Assembly (NCBI GenBank): GCA_044866355.1
Contig: JBIOTW010000033.1
Location: forward strand, 13,373 to 77,372
Source: Candidatus Limnocylindria bacterium
Lineage (GTDB): Bacteria > Chloroflexota > Limnocylindria > QHBO01
Length of the DNA: 64,000 nucleotides
Reading direction: 5' to 3'
This document shows positions 54,647 to 62,886 of this stretch, one piece after another (within the stretch, counting starts at the first letter, position 1; every line of letters starts with the position of its first letter). The notes beneath the pieces are model-generated. The model saw only the letters and a program-made list of their open reading frames with translations. It was not told the DNA's origin and searched no databases. A program made the translations under genes and the position numbers.

Positions 54647-56171
54647 CCTTCGCCGCCTCGGCCCGGTCTGCCGGTTCGGCCGGTTCGGGCGCCTCCGCCG
54701 GCTTGGCCAGCGATCCAATCCCCAGCAGGAACCAGAACAGGAACGCGACCGTGTTCCCTTCCAGCAGCATGGTGGTGAAGGCCGCCACGCAGACGACCGC
54801 AGCCGCGGACACGATGCCGGCCGGGACACTGAATCGGCTTCCGCTCGCATGGCGCAGCGCGCGGATCGGGGCGAACAGTGCGGTGCCGATCATGGCCAGC
54901 AGGGCGGCGATCCCCAGCCCACCTCCCTCGACGGCCAGGTGCAGCCAGAAGTTGTCGACCGTGCGCTGCTCGCGAAGCAGGTCGTCCGTGCCGTACCGCT
55001 CGTGGATCGGGGATCCGAAGATGGACGCCGACGCGCCCCCATATCGGCCCGGCCCCACGCCGAGGAACCGATGCTCATCGATGATCGGCACCGCGTTGAT
55101 GACGAACAGGGTTCGCAGGTCGCGCCGATCCTTTACCGCCTGGATGCGATTGACCGTGGTGGCGTACGGATCGAAGCCCTGTGTCGCGCCGGTGAGGATG
55201 CCCTTCGGCATGACCACCGCCGTGGCGTACGCCAGCCCCAAGACCACGACCCACACTGCCAGCGCCCGCCGGTCGATGACGAGTGCCACCAGCCCGAAGC
55301 CAGCGGCCAGGCCAATCCAGGACCCGCGCGAGTAGGTCAGCAGCAGGGCCAGAGCCAGCGCGAAGGCCGTCCCCACCGTGATGCGCCATCCCCGTGAGCG
55401 CCAGTTCATGCGCACCAGCGAGAACATCGTGAACGGAACGGCCATGCCGATCAGGGTTCCCAGGATGTTGGGATCGTTCACCAGTGATCCGACGCGCAGC
55501 CCCTCCCCGGACATGCCCTCGACCGGCGTCACACCCAGGAGATCCGGCGTCAGGACGGCCTGGCCGATCGCCAGCACGGAGCCGAGGCCCACGAGGCCCA
55601 CGATCACCCACATCGTCTGGCGTGAGTCGGCGTGGGTGTAGCCCACCATCCTGGGCAGGTAGAAAAGGATCGTCGCGTCGAGGGTGAACAGAAGTCCCGC
55701 GACGGTGACGACCGGCGAAACCCCGTTTGCACCCGCAGAGATCAGGCTGATCAGCAGGAACACGCCCAGGGCCAACGTGAACGGATGGCGCAGCGCCGCG
55801 AGCAGCGTCCCGCGACGGGCTGCCACCACGGCGAGGGCGATCGTCAGCGCGACGAGCAGCGCCTCAGAAAAGAACCGGGCCACCGGCTGCAGGGCCTCGG
55901 GCAGGAGGCGCTGACCGGCGTACAGGTCGACGAGCGCCGGTGACAGGACAACCACCACCAGGACCGCCCGCGGCCACCGCAGCGAGGCCAATCCGAGCAG
56001 CAGGAGCAGACCGATGCCGGCCAGCAGGAAGGCCACGGCTGAGACCTGGGCCGCCACCAGGGCCAGAATGCCGAGGCCGATCGCGAGCCCGCCAACCAGC
56101 GGTCCGGACGGCGTCAGTACCCGGTTGGCGGCGGCAACCCCTCCACTCATCGGATCAACGCGGCGGACCAT
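54600..56171 (-). CDS. O-antigen ligase/polymerase-like (Wzy_C) polytopic membrane protein
   Basis: ~10-12 TM helices with the periplasmic-loop motif LTYSRGSWIGLAAG. Start placed at ATG 56169-56171 (alternative 56150). Confidence 0.6.
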   Translation of the reverse strand: MVRRVDPMSGGVAAANRVLTPSGPLVGGLAIGLGILALVAAQVSAVAFLLAGIGLLLLLGLASLRWPRAVLVVVVLSPALVDLYAGQRLLPEALQPVARFFSEALLVALTIALAVVAARRGTLLAALRHPFTLALGVFLLISLISAGANGVSPVVTVAGLLFTLDATILFYLPRMVGYTHADSRQTMWVIVGLVGLGSVLAIGQAVLTPDLLGVTPVEGMSGEGLRVGSLVNDPNILGTLIGMAVPFTMFSLVRMNWRSRGWRITVGTAFALALALLLTYSRGSWIGLAAGFGLVALVIDRRALAVWVVVLGLAYATAVVMPKGILTGATQGFDPYATTVNRIQAVKDRRDLRTLFVINAVPIIDEHRFLGVGPGRYGGASASIFGSPIHERYGTDDLLREQRTVDNFWLHLAVEGGGLGIAALLAMIGTALFAPIRALRHASGSRFSVPAGIVSAAAVVCVAAFTTMLLEGNTVAFLFWFLLGIGSLAKPAEAPEPAEPADRAEAAKARTGDPTGIATPSGG

Positions 56172-57627
56172 CGGCCGCTGATCCAAGATACCAGCCGACC
56201 AGCGCCGCTTCGCCGCCGAAGATGCGCGCCATCTCCTGGCGGACGGCGTCTCGCTGGGGGATAAGCAGGTAGTAGGTCTGCGGGTCAACCGGCAGGTCGA
56301 CGTATCCCGGCCAGCCCAACACCACCCGATCGACGTCCCCGGATGCGATCAGCGGCCCAAGGCTGGCCAGGTTGCCCGCCTGGGCCCGCGGGAAATCGGT
56401 CGTCACCGTCTGGGAAACGGCGTCCAGCAGCCCGGGAAGCGAGATCAGCAGGTTCGTGTTGGCGAACTTCTGGCGCAGGGCGAGCAGGAACTCCTGCTGG
56501 CGGGCCGCGCGCAGGAAGTCGTTCTGCTCCTCGACCGTCCCGTCGGCCAGGGTCAGCGTGCCGAGCCGAATCCGGGCATAGGCCAAGGCGTGTGCTCCGT
56601 CGTAGTGGTGGCACCCCTCTTCGAGAACGATTCCCTGCCCCTCCCAGGTTGGGCCGCCGTACTGGGGATCGGCCAGGACGCCGGGCAGGCAGAGGTCCAC
56701 GCCGCCAATCGCATCCACCAACGCGGCGAACCCCAGCAGGTCGACCCAGGCCACGTTGTGGATCTCGACGCCGAGATACAGGCCCACCGCCTGCCGCAAC
56801 ATATGCAGCCCGCAGTCCTCGCCCTCGGCCAATGACGGGCACCAGGTGGCCGGCTCCGCCTTCGCATCCGAGGCCAGCTGGTTGATCCGGCGTGGGAAGA
56901 TGCCGTCGGGGTACACGCTGCGGTCGGGGAGCGGGACGTACCCCGTATCGCGCGGGATGCTGACCATGGCCGCGGTCCGGGACACCGGATCGAGGCTGAC
57001 CACCATAATCGTGTCGGTCAGCTCGTCCGTCCGCCCGGGCCCGGCGTCGGACCCGATGAGCAGGATGTTGACCCGCTCGGTTCCCTCCCAGCGGTACTCG
57101 GGTGCGACCGGGTCCGCGTGCCCGAATACCGGCGGCGCCGTTTGGTCCGGCGGGGTGAAGATGCGGCCCAGGGCCACGTCGGCAGAGATCACTGCCACGC
57201 CGACCCACAGGTGCGTGGCAATGGTCACGACCATAAGCAGGCTCACCACCGTGACCGTCACCGCTGATCGCCGGGCGGTGGTCGCGACGGCATGTGCCTC
57301 CAGCGTGCGAGCGCGGTTTGCCGCCCCGGCCTGAGCAATGGCGATCACGCGCCAGACCATGAGCCCCAGGTTCAGGGCGAAGAGCGCCAGCAGCGCCCCC
57401 GGGAGGAGCAGCGTGCGCAGCAGCGTGTCGGTCCCCGCGGCAAGCCCTCCGAGCACCATGCCGATGAGGACCAGCACCGGGGCGGCGAACAGCAGGCCCA
57501 GCCGCGGCTGGCCGGCGTAGACCTGTCCCAGGCCAGGCACGATGAACGACAGCGCCGCGGCAAGCGCGGCGCTGGACCGCCGAATCCCCCGGCGGGCCGG
57601 GGGCGGGTGAGTCATCGGAGACACCAT
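56155..57627 (-). CDS. LytR-CpsA-Psr (LCP) family cell-wall glycopolymer ligase
   Basis: LCP core NILLIGSDAGPGRTDELTDTIMVVSLDPVSRTAAMVSIPRDT; N-terminal two-TM module with PGLGQVYAGQ; ATG 57625-57627. Confidence 0.8.
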   Translation of the reverse strand: MVSPMTHPPPARRGIRRSSAALAAALSFIVPGLGQVYAGQPRLGLLFAAPVLVLIGMVLGGLAAGTDTLLRTLLLPGALLALFALNLGLMVWRVIAIAQAGAANRARTLEAHAVATTARRSAVTVTVVSLLMVVTIATHLWVGVAVISADVALGRIFTPPDQTAPPVFGHADPVAPEYRWEGTERVNILLIGSDAGPGRTDELTDTIMVVSLDPVSRTAAMVSIPRDTGYVPLPDRSVYPDGIFPRRINQLASDAKAEPATWCPSLAEGEDCGLHMLRQAVGLYLGVEIHNVAWVDLLGFAALVDAIGGVDLCLPGVLADPQYGGPTWEGQGIVLEEGCHHYDGAHALAYARIRLGTLTLADGTVEEQNDFLRAARQQEFLLALRQKFANTNLLISLPGLLDAVSQTVTTDFPRAQAGNLASLGPLIASGDVDRVVLGWPGYVDLPVDPQTYYLLIPQRDAVRQEMARIFGGEAALVGWYLGSAADGPPR

Positions 57628-57786
57628 GAACCGGGGTCTGGGGGGAGCGGGAGGCCGAGTATAGCAAGGGACGCTCGGGCGCCCAGAAGTGTTGCCAGAG
57701 CGCACCGATTGGGGGGTACGGACGGGTTAGTACCTTTGCGCCCGTCGTCGGGCCGCTCCCATACTGTGGGAGGACCGAGACGGAGC

Positions 57787-59058
57787 GTGACGACCGAACT
57801 CATCTTCCTCATCGTGAGCGCCGCCGTGGCCGGGCTGATCGTGATCGCCGGCCTGTTCGCGTTGCTGTCTGGTCGGTCCACAACGTCCGAATCGGGCCTC
57901 GAGCCGGTGGGACCCGGCGCCACGACCGATGTCCCGCCTCGCGACAAGTACCTGTCAACCGCTGAGCCCGCTTCCCCGGCGCTGTCCTGGCTGGGCGCGG
58001 ACCGGTTCCGATCCACGGTTCGCGCCATCTGGTGGGCGACGATCGCCGGCGTCCTCATCAGCGTCGGCCTGACCGATGTGTTCGCGGAGTCCCAGTTCGA
58101 GATCTTCGCCCTGGGCGGGTTGGCGGTGATCGGCGTCGTGGTGTTCCACGAGCTTGTTCCGGAGCAGTGGCGGTCGACCGCGACCTCGGCTGCCGAAGTC
58201 GCCAGCGCCATCGGTCTGCTGGGTGCGCTGGTGATCCTTACCGGTCGAAGCGCGTCCCCGTTCGCTCCGCTCCTCGTCCTGCCGGTCCTGGGCGTCGCCC
58301 TCGGCGGCCGGCCGACCGCTGGCCTGGCCGCAGCTCTGGCCGCCAGCCTGGGCTTCGTGGTCGTGGTGGCGACGGACCCGAGTCGACCCTTCGCGGCGGC
58401 TGACCTGCTGCCCGCGGCGGTGGTATTGGGCGTGGTCTGGCTGGGGACCGTGTCGGCGGTCGTGTTCGCGTCCCAGCAGCGCCGACTCCAGGCTGAAACC
58501 CTCGCCCTGTCGGTCACCGATCCGCTGACCGGGCTCTTCAATCGGGCCCAGATCTACGTGGCTCTCGACCAGGAGGTGCGTCGCAGTCGGCGTTCACTGC
58601 GACCCTTCTGCCTGTTGATGGTCGACATGGACGGTCTGAAGGCGATCAACGACACGCTCGGCCACGAGCGCGGGGACGCGGCGATCCGCGGCATCGCGGC
58701 GGTGATCCGACGCTCGATCCGCACCGTGGACTCGGCGTACCGGTACGCGGGCGACGAGTTCGTGGTCCTGCTGCCCGAGACCGATTTTTCCGGCGCGTTC
58801 GTGGTCGCCGAGAAGATCCGCCAGGGCGCCGCCGACCTGAGCGCGACCCTGGCGCGCGAGGAGGCGCCCACCACGGTCAGCATCGGTCTCGTTTCCCACC
58901 CCGAGGATGGCTCCACCGATGAGGAGCTCATGCTCGCCGTGGATCGCTCCATGTACGCGGCCAAGGCCGGAGGCAAGAACCGCATCAGCGGCTATCCCCG
59001 GCCCCCCAGGGCCGCAACCCCGGCCGAGGCCGTCAGCCAGGTGTCTGCCCTGGGCTAG
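57787..59058 (+). CDS. Membrane-bound GGDEF-domain diguanylate cyclase (AGDEF variant)
   Basis: GTG 57787 with GGAGGA ~12 nt upstream; ~6 TM helices; GGDEF domain with RYAGDEFVVLLPE, product-inhibition site RxxD present. Confidence 0.75.
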   Translation: MTTELIFLIVSAAVAGLIVIAGLFALLSGRSTTSESGLEPVGPGATTDVPPRDKYLSTAEPASPALSWLGADRFRSTVRAIWWATIAGVLISVGLTDVFAESQFEIFALGGLAVIGVVVFHELVPEQWRSTATSAAEVASAIGLLGALVILTGRSASPFAPLLVLPVLGVALGGRPTAGLAAALAASLGFVVVVATDPSRPFAAADLLPAAVVLGVVWLGTVSAVVFASQQRRLQAETLALSVTDPLTGLFNRAQIYVALDQEVRRSRRSLRPFCLLMVDMDGLKAINDTLGHERGDAAIRGIAAVIRRSIRTVDSAYRYAGDEFVVLLPETDFSGAFVVAEKIRQGAADLSATLAREEAPTTVSIGLVSHPEDGSTDEELMLAVDRSMYAAKAGGKNRISGYPRPPRAATPAEAVSQVSALG

Positions 59059-59130
59059 TTGAGCCCTTCGGTATACTCGCGGGCCGCTGGGTGGACTGAG
59101 CCGCCATCCGGCGATGGCCAGGGAGGGGCC

Positions 59131-60492
59131 GTGGACCAAGCTGCTGGAAGACGTCCGAATGCGCGCGCGCCGCTGGCGGCTTTCTTCTCGTTCGTCCTAC
59201 CGGGATTGGGTCAGGCCTACAACCGCCAGTTTCGCCTCGCCCTGCTGCTCGGCCTGCCCGCGGCCGTGCTTGGCTGGTTGGTGGCAGCCGCCGTCGGGCG
59301 CGGCGGGGAGGCGGTGGCAGCGCTTCTCGACGTCCGGGTCCTGGTCGCGATCATCCTCCTCAATCTCGGACTGCTCGGCTGGCGGGCGGTCGCCATCTAC
59401 CAGGCGCATGCGGCCCGTGAGGCGCCCGCCCTGCGGCGCTGGACGACGTGGGCGACCGCGGCCCTCCTGCTCGCGACCGTCGGCATGCACCTGGTGCCGG
59501 CCTGGTACGCAACCGCGACCATCGACACCCTGAACACAGTCTCGCTGGGCGGCGGGGGAGGGGGAGGACTCCTGGACGCGAGCGAGGTCCGGGAGCCACG
59601 CCGCAGCGGTACCGTCCCGCCGTCGGCGTACCCCGAGCCGGAGCCGGTACCAGCCGGCCTCTCAGGTCGCTTCACGGTGCTGCTGGTGGGCGTCGACGTT
59701 GGCCCCGGCCGCCGGACCTACAACACCGACACGATGATCGTGGCCACCCTGGATCCCCAATCGGGTGCATCGCTGATCTCCATTCCGCGCGACACGTTTG
59801 CGACTCCGATGGGGGACGGGCGCGTCTACAACGCCAAGCTGAATTCGCTGTGGGCCTACGCGCGCCTCGATCCCACCACCTACCCGCTTGGCGGGCCCGA
59901 GACGCTCAAGGCGGCCGTTGGCGCGCTGCTCGGGACGGAGATCGACTACATCGCCGCCGTTGACTTCCTGGGCTTCACGAGCGCGGTGGATGCCGTCGGG
60001 GGAGTGGACGTCACGGTCGAGCGAGCGGTCCACGATTACGCGTACCCGGACGAGTTCAACAACGTCGTCGGCTTCCACATCGAGCCGGGCACCCATCACA
60101 TGGACGGCTACACGGCTCTGGCCTTCGCCCGTTCGCGCCTGGGGGCGGGAGACAACGACTTCACCCGGGCCGACCGCCAGCAGCGGGTAATCGAGGCCCT
60201 GGGTACGCAGATGCGACGCGGAGGATGGCTCCTGAACCTGCCTTCGCTGTTGAACGCCGTCGGCGACGCGGTGGCCACCGATATTCCCGTCGAGCTCCTG
60301 CCCCACGTGGCTCGTGCTCTGCTCGACGCGGACCTGTCGCACATCCAACGCCTGGTCATCGAGCGCCCGCTGGTCTATTCCGACACGCTGACTGATGGCA
60401 CGTACGTCCTCATTCCCGACCTGGAGGCCATACGGGCGGCCGTCCACGACCTGCTGTCCGTTCACCGGGCGCACGTCCCAACCCCCGACTGA
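59131..60492 (+). CDS. LCP family protein, paralog of 56155-57627
   Basis: GTG 59131 with GGGAGGGG upstream; N-terminal FVLPGLGQAYNRQ two-TM module; LCP core FTVLLVGVDVGPGRRTYNTDTMIVATLDPQSGASLISIPRDT. Confidence 0.8.
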   Translation: MDQAAGRRPNARAPLAAFFSFVLPGLGQAYNRQFRLALLLGLPAAVLGWLVAAAVGRGGEAVAALLDVRVLVAIILLNLGLLGWRAVAIYQAHAAREAPALRRWTTWATAALLLATVGMHLVPAWYATATIDTLNTVSLGGGGGGGLLDASEVREPRRSGTVPPSAYPEPEPVPAGLSGRFTVLLVGVDVGPGRRTYNTDTMIVATLDPQSGASLISIPRDTFATPMGDGRVYNAKLNSLWAYARLDPTTYPLGGPETLKAAVGALLGTEIDYIAAVDFLGFTSAVDAVGGVDVTVERAVHDYAYPDEFNNVVGFHIEPGTHHMDGYTALAFARSRLGAGDNDFTRADRQQRVIEALGTQMRRGGWLLNLPSLLNAVGDAVATDIPVELLPHVARALLDADLSHIQRLVIERPLVYSDTLTDGTYVLIPDLEAIRAAVHDLLSVHRAHVPTPD

Positions 60493-60552
60493 CCCAGGCT
60501 CCCACCAGACCGATCCAGGTTGTCACGCGACGGCGGGTAGACTCTGAGACCG

Positions 60553-61728
60553 ATGCCAGGATTCTCGACGCGCGCGATCAGGGCTGCCGGCCGCATGCCG
60601 GACCTGGCGCAGACGCCGGTCACGGTACCGATCTATCAGACCAGCACCTTCGGCGTGGGATCGGCCGCCGAGCTGGAGGAGATCCTCGAGTTCCGCCAGC
60701 CCGGGTACTCGTACACGCGCTACTCGAACCCGACGCACGCCGTCCTCGAGGCCGCACTGGCCGATCTCGAGGGCGGGGAAGCCGCGCTGGCCACGGCATC
60801 CGGCATGGCTGCCATACACGGAGCGATGCTCTCACTGGTCCGGGCCGGCGACGAGGTCCTCGCCCCCGCGTCGATGTACGGCGGCACGCTGGGCATGCTG
60901 GCTTCCGTGCTGCCGCGATACGACATCTCGTACCGCATGGTGCGCTCCGGCGACACGAAAGCGGTGATTGCGGCCATGGGACCGCGGACCCGGCTGGTGT
61001 GGCTCGAGACGATCGCGAACCCCACCACCGAGATGCCGGACATCGCCGCCGTCGTGGAGGCGGCGCGCGAGCGCGGGATCCCGGTCGTGGTCGACAACAC
61101 GTTCGCCTCCCCCTACCTGTGCAATCCTCTCCTGCTCGGCGCCGACCTCGTCATTCACTCCCTGACGAAGTACATCGGTGGGCACGCCGACCTCATCGGA
61201 GGCGTCGTGGTCGGCAGCGCCGAGCGGGTCGCCGCGGCTCGCGAGATCGTGGTCAACACCGGCGGAAGCGCCAACCCGTTCGAGGCCTTCCTGGCGCTTC
61301 GCGGCCTGCGCACCCTGGTCGTTCGCATGGAGCGCCATTCGGACAACGGGTTGGCGGTGGCGCGTGGGTTGGAAGGCCAGCCGGGGATCGCCCGGGTCCT
61401 GTATCCCGGCCTGCCGTCACATCCCCAGCACGAGCTGGCACAGCGCCGCCTGCGGGACGGTCGAGCCGGCGGGATGATGGCCATCGAGCTGTCCGGCGGC
61501 CGGGCCGCCGCGGAGCGCTTCCTTGATCGGGTCCAGGTCGCCATCCACGCCACCAGCCTGGCCGGGGTGGAGAGCCTGGTAAGCCACCCCGCCTCGTCGT
61601 CGCACCGTCAGTATGGTGAGGCCGAGCTGGCGGCCGCCGGCCTTTCGGCGGGAATGCTCCGTGTGTCGATCGGCCTCGAGGATGCCGACGACCTGCTCGC
61701 CGACCTGGCCTCCGCGGCGGCCGGCTGA
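60553..61728 (+). CDS. PLP-dependent Cys/Met metabolism enzyme (cystathionine gamma-synthase/lyase or methionine gamma-lyase family)
   Basis: 391 aa; YSRYSNPT, PLP-lysine motif IHSLTKYIGGH. Confidence 0.85.
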   Translation: MPGFSTRAIRAAGRMPDLAQTPVTVPIYQTSTFGVGSAAELEEILEFRQPGYSYTRYSNPTHAVLEAALADLEGGEAALATASGMAAIHGAMLSLVRAGDEVLAPASMYGGTLGMLASVLPRYDISYRMVRSGDTKAVIAAMGPRTRLVWLETIANPTTEMPDIAAVVEAARERGIPVVVDNTFASPYLCNPLLLGADLVIHSLTKYIGGHADLIGGVVVGSAERVAAAREIVVNTGGSANPFEAFLALRGLRTLVVRMERHSDNGLAVARGLEGQPGIARVLYPGLPSHPQHELAQRRLRDGRAGGMMAIELSGGRAAAERFLDRVQVAIHATSLAGVESLVSHPASSSHRQYGEAELAAAGLSAGMLRVSIGLEDADDLLADLASAAAG

Positions 61729-61737
61729 GCCGGAGCC

Positions 61738-62769
61738 ATGCCGCGCCTCATCGACGTCTGGCGGGCGATCGACCCCGAGGCTCGCCTGGTGGCCGGCGAT
61801 CGGTCGAGGAGCACCATCATCCTGCGCGGCGTGTCGCGGACACGGGCCGCGCCGCCCCACCTCCCGCCACCAGCCGCGGCCCACCTGCTGATCGTGGACG
61901 GCGCGATGCTCGTCGCCCTGTCCCCTGACCGGTTGATGGCGGAGATCGCGGCCTCGGGGAGCGAGCCGGCGGCACTGCTCGTGGCCGATCCACCGTCGGG
62001 CCGCGGCGCGGAGTGGCCAGACTCCGACGTGCCGATCCTGACCAGCCGCCGGTCGGCGGCCAGCCTGGCCGCGGCGGCCAGCGCCTATCTCGCCGACGAG
62101 GCAGCTCACCTCGAGCGGCTCAGGGCGGAGCTCCGCCTGGCCGGCGCGGAGTCCGCGCTCGCGGACCCCACGCCGTCGGCCGCGTCCGGCGTGGTGGCGC
62201 ACCGCATCCGCCGGGGTGTGGCGGTCGTGGCCGATGGGGAGCTGGTCGCCCTCCATGCGCGACCCGCCGGGCGCGCCCTGGCCGCCCGATTCGCGGCGGC
62301 CTTCTCGCGCCTGTTCGGCACGCCGAGCGCGCGGGCCATGGCCACTCGCCGCCTCCGGGACGGCCTGTGGATCCACGAGCACCGCATCCGCCCAGGCGCC
62401 GCGGTGTGGCTGTTCGACGACCTGCCGATGGCCCGCGTGGACGAGGCCGCGGCCGAGGCCCTGAGCGTCACCCTGCGGGCGCTCCTGCAACGGCCGCCCC
62501 GGCTCGCGCGCGCGCAGACTGCGGGCCGCCCGCCCACGCCTTCGCGGGCTGCCCGAGCGACCACCGCCCTCGACCAGGCGCCGCTGACCGCGACCCTGCT
62601 GGCGGTGGCACGCGCCAACGGCCGGGTGGCGCCTGCCGCCCGCAGCCTGGGCGTGCATCGGAATACGGTGCTGTATCGGCTCCGCATCGCCCGGGACCAA
62701 CAGGGGATCGACCCGCGTCGACCCGAGGACGCGCTTCGCCTGCTCCGCGAGGCTGACCGCTCGGCCTGA
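61738..62769 (+). CDS. PucR/CdaR-like transcriptional regulator with C-terminal HTH
   Basis: 343 aa; C-terminal LLAVARANGRVAPAARSLGVHRNTVLYRLRIARDQQGID resembles the PucR-type HTH_30. Confidence 0.55.
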   Translation: MPRLIDVWRAIDPEARLVAGDRSRSTIILRGVSRTRAAPPHLPPPAAAHLLIVDGAMLVALSPDRLMAEIAASGSEPAALLVADPPSGRGAEWPDSDVPILTSRRSAASLAAAASAYLADEAAHLERLRAELRLAGAESALADPTPSAASGVVAHRIRRGVAVVADGELVALHARPAGRALAARFAAAFSRLFGTPSARAMATRRLRDGLWIHEHRIRPGAAVWLFDDLPMARVDEAAAEALSVTLRALLQRPPRLARAQTAGRPPTPSRAARATTALDQAPLTATLLAVARANGRVAPAARSLGVHRNTVLYRLRIARDQQGIDPRRPEDALRLLREADRSA

Positions 62770-62771
62770 CC

Positions 62772-62792
62772 GTTTGTGCAGAATGCACAAAC
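62772..62792. promoter_or_regulatory. Perfect 9-bp-arm palindrome GTTTGTGCAgaaTGCACAAAC upstream of glnA (candidate operator)
   Basis: Read directly from sequence; lies 3 nt after the regulator stop and ~95 nt upstream of the glnA ATG. Confidence 0.4.
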
Positions 62793-62886
62793 CATTGCCA
62801 CACGTGGCGAGCTCGGGGGGACGCTCTGGGCGCCGCCAGGAGCCTAGGCTCGGCTCCTCATCGGTCTGTCACCACGAGGAGACCCC

